From NCBI GenBank assembly GCA_963810275.1, contig CAWENF010000017.1:1-64000 (forward strand): DNA of 64,000 nucleotides. The letters are read 5' to 3'. This document shows positions 61,490 through 64,000 of this stretch, in pieces. Both the position numbers and the translations under genes were made by a program. The notes below the pieces were generated by a model. That model was not told the origin of the DNA, ran no database searches, and saw only the letters and a program-made list of their open reading frames with translations. Every line of letters begins with the position of its first letter. Position 1 is the stretch's first letter. This DNA comes from an uncultured archaeon. Its GTDB lineage: Archaea; Thermoproteota; Bathyarchaeia; Bathyarchaeales; Bathycorpusculaceae.

Positions 61490-62010
61490 AGCTTACTCAT
61501 AAATTGGTGTTACTTAATAGTATTATTGCCTGCGGGTTAGTGAATAAAATACAAAATAGTAACCGCTTGGATGTGAATTTGTTTTGAGTAGGATGACAGA
61601 CGCTATCTTACCTTTACCTTAAGCGGTTCATTTCAGGCAAACGTTAGCTAAATAGTCTAAAAAGCGTTCATATTATAGAAGTTTATACTCTTCGCCTAAA
61701 GCAGTATTGCCGATGAGAAGAACCAAGATGAATTACTTTACTAAAAAACTAACCTTGATTGAAATTAATAAGAAAAAAGTGGTTAGTTTGTGGATTAATT
61801 CAGTGTGTAACGACCCATTTGTCTTATGGCTTTCAGCCTATTGGGTGGTTTTGTTACTATCGCTAAACAGGAATATTTTGATTTTAAAATATGGATGAAA
61901 TCTCTACTTAACAGTAGGTTCAATGCTTTCCTCTGCCGATTGCCAAGAGATTTAATTTCACCCTCGAGTTTTCTATGTAATTTCTGAATTCAAAGCCCTT
62001 TAAGTATCCA

Positions 62011-62616
62011 TTATGTGGGAAGATAGGGGATAACAGCGATTACGCCATTTATAATGAATTGAACAGCTATAGCAAGTACAATAATAGCCATCAAAGTACT
62101 CAACACATGTAAACCTTCATGACCTAAAATCTTGAGAAGTTTAGGAGAATAAAGCATACCAAAAAAGGAGACGGTTACCCCAATGACAATTGCCAAAAAA
62201 ACAAGACCTACCTCAACTAAATTAGTTGTTTCTGAAAACAGCAGTATTACAGTAGTAATTGTACCTACGCCGGCTGTTAGAGGAAAAGCCAAAGGAATAA
62301 TTGAAACATCCTCTCGTTCAGATGTGTAGACTTTTTTCTCTGAGAGCATCTTCAGAGCAAAAGAGACTAAGAGGATGCCTCCAGCTATTTGAAAGGAGTA
62401 AACTTCAAGATTGAATACTTGGAAAATTAGTTGCCCTGTGATTGCGAAGAAAATTAGTACTAGAAGCGATATTTTCATAGCTTTTGAGGCGATTTTTCGT
62501 TGTGCTTTAGGGTCTATGTCTTCTGTTAGGCTCGAGAAGACAGCTATGGTGCTGATTGGATTCATTACAGCAACGATTGATGAAATAGCAACAAGAGCAA
62601 ATTCAAAAGGTTCCAA
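62011..62616 (-). CDS. MarC family membrane protein
   Basis: MNPIS, FQIAGGILL, PLAFPLTAG.G, AVQFI. Confidence 0.9.
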   Translation of the reverse strand: MEPFEFALVAISSIVAVMNPISTIAVFSSLTEDIDPKAQRKIASKAMKISLLVLIFFAITGQLIFQVFNLEVYSFQIAGGILLVSFALKMLSEKKVYTSEREDVSIIPLAFPLTAGVGTITTVILLFSETTNLVEVGLVFLAIVIGVTVSFFGMLYSPKLLKILGHEGLHVLSTLMAIIVLAIAVQFIINGVIAVIPYLPT

Positions 62617-63215
62617 GTTTTTTGCCTGTTATTGGATTAGGCAATTTGTTGATATAAAGATTTACAGCCAAGTTAGTGTTAAGACTATTCTGATTTCCAT
62701 CGATCGATTCAATAATATAAAGTTGGAAAATGTGCAAAACCAAGGTAGTAAAAACGTGGGTTTGAGTCTGAAATAAACTTGGCACAGGTTCAAACCATGT
62801 CTCGTTACAATCCTCCGTTTAGCATAGTTTTCCTAATAGAAATTGGTATTCTAAGTCAATTCTTATGATCTCAATTAAATCACCAATTTATTTAAATCAC
62901 ACATAAAACGCATAATTTCATAGACGACGATTTTTGAAGTATTTTAGTTGTCTTGCTCTTTAGGAAGCTCAACCTAATCCCACCCATCAGAAAATGCCAT
63001 TGCAATATTAGTGAGGACAAAGAACCAATTGAAAATGTGAAGCCAATAACAAAGGATGAAATATATACAAAGGCTGCTAACGAACTGCAACAAGAGCAAA
63101 AACCTTTACGCACCAGAAAAATCTAAAATCAGATCGTCACACTTTATTTTTAAGGTACTCACTGTAATAGATGCACATCTAAAAAACTAAGTTAAAAAAA
63201 GAGAAGTAATTTAGG

Positions 63216-63632
63216 CTATTTTGGTATTAGAACTTTGTCGATTATGTGAATTACTCCATTATCCGCTTTTACATCGGCAGCAGTAATGTTTGCATCATTA
63301 ATTTTAACAGAACTATGAAGATGCCATTTTGCAGCATCAACCTTGACGTCTTGACCTTGAAGAGTTGTCAAATTCTTATGTTGTACAACATCAGATGCTG
63401 GTACAGCTCCCTCGATAACATGGTATTTTAGAATTTCAGTTAATTTCGGTATATCCTTGAGCAGACCTTCAACTGTTCCAGAAGGCAATTTTGCGAATGC
63501 ATCATCTGTTGGAGCAAAGACAGTATATGGACCCTTAGTGTTTAGAGTTTCAACCAATCCTGCAGCTTGAGTTGCAGCCACTAGCGTTTTAAAATTGCCG
63601 GCAGCAATAGCTGTATCACAAATTCCTCCCAT
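63216..63632 (-). CDS. fasciclin domain protein
   Basis: FKTLVAA, TVFAPTDDAF, ILKYHV, NGVIHIIDKVL; GAGGTGA SD. Confidence 0.93.
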   Translation of the reverse strand: MGGICDTAIAAGNFKTLVAATQAAGLVETLNTKGPYTVFAPTDDAFAKLPSGTVEGLLKDIPKLTEILKYHVIEGAVPASDVVQHKNLTTLQGQDVKVDAAKWHLHSSVKINDANITAADVKADNGVIHIIDKVLIPK

Positions 63633-64000
63633 TAACTATTCACCTCCTCAAAAAGTAGTTTCATAGCACTATAAAATGTTAATAAAGTCAAGTATAAGCT
63701 TTGTCGTCAGTTCAAGTTTTAAATATCGATTTTTTGGCTGCATTTTTTTATAACTATCAATATCTTATTGCAAAATTGATATTACCTGAGTAAGCTTAGA
63801 TTGTTTAAAGAAAGATAGAATCAAGAAAGGCAAGTTTGAAGAACAACTATTAGAACTATATCTGCCAAACAAAATTGTTCCACCAGAATACATAAAAGAT
63901 GTCGTAGAAGAAGCGAACAAGGATTTTCCAAATTTAGATTTTGATTATGAATTACCCCATAAATGGCCATCTAGTGAGTACCAAGAAAAATATGAGGAAC

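Noticed and set aside
63790-64000. Open frame running off the window end
   Set aside because: No clear start codon and truncated; cannot be called

Overview
Archaeal chromosome segment, most likely Candidatus Bathyarchaeia (inferred from the gene families present). Bases 1-26.6 kb are mostly core genes: Nre, pyrB, aguBA, Nop5/fibrillarin, beta-CASP nuclease, presenilin homologue, hcp, Lsm, PAC2, tgtA and a tusA-iscS-iscU-dsrE cluster. Bases ~26.7-46.7 kb are an AT-rich, decayed integration hotspot. It holds intact tRNA-Asn(GTT) and tRNA-Ile(GAT), four tRNA 3'-end relics, a broken tyrosine integrase, provirus-like remnants, a PQQ-type propeller protein, a PAS kinase, short membrane/secreted ORFs and a collapsed katG. 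Bases 46.7-64 kb carry stress/redox, transport and peptidase genes. Three observations stand out. (1) An ArsR-HTH + ATP-cone + class III ribonucleotide reductase fusion appears to lack the glycyl-radical motif and both usual catalytic cysteines, so it may be a nucleotide-sensing pseudo-enzyme regulator. (2) A recurring dif-like site (YTAAGTCAA-N6-TTGACAAA) sits at the edges of short accessory genes, suggesting a tyrosine-recombinase cassette system. (3) Two different tRNA 3' ends lie back-to-back, next to two of those sites. Single-base frameshifts in conserved genes suggest indel errors in the assembly. All calls come from reading motifs by eye; no searches were run.
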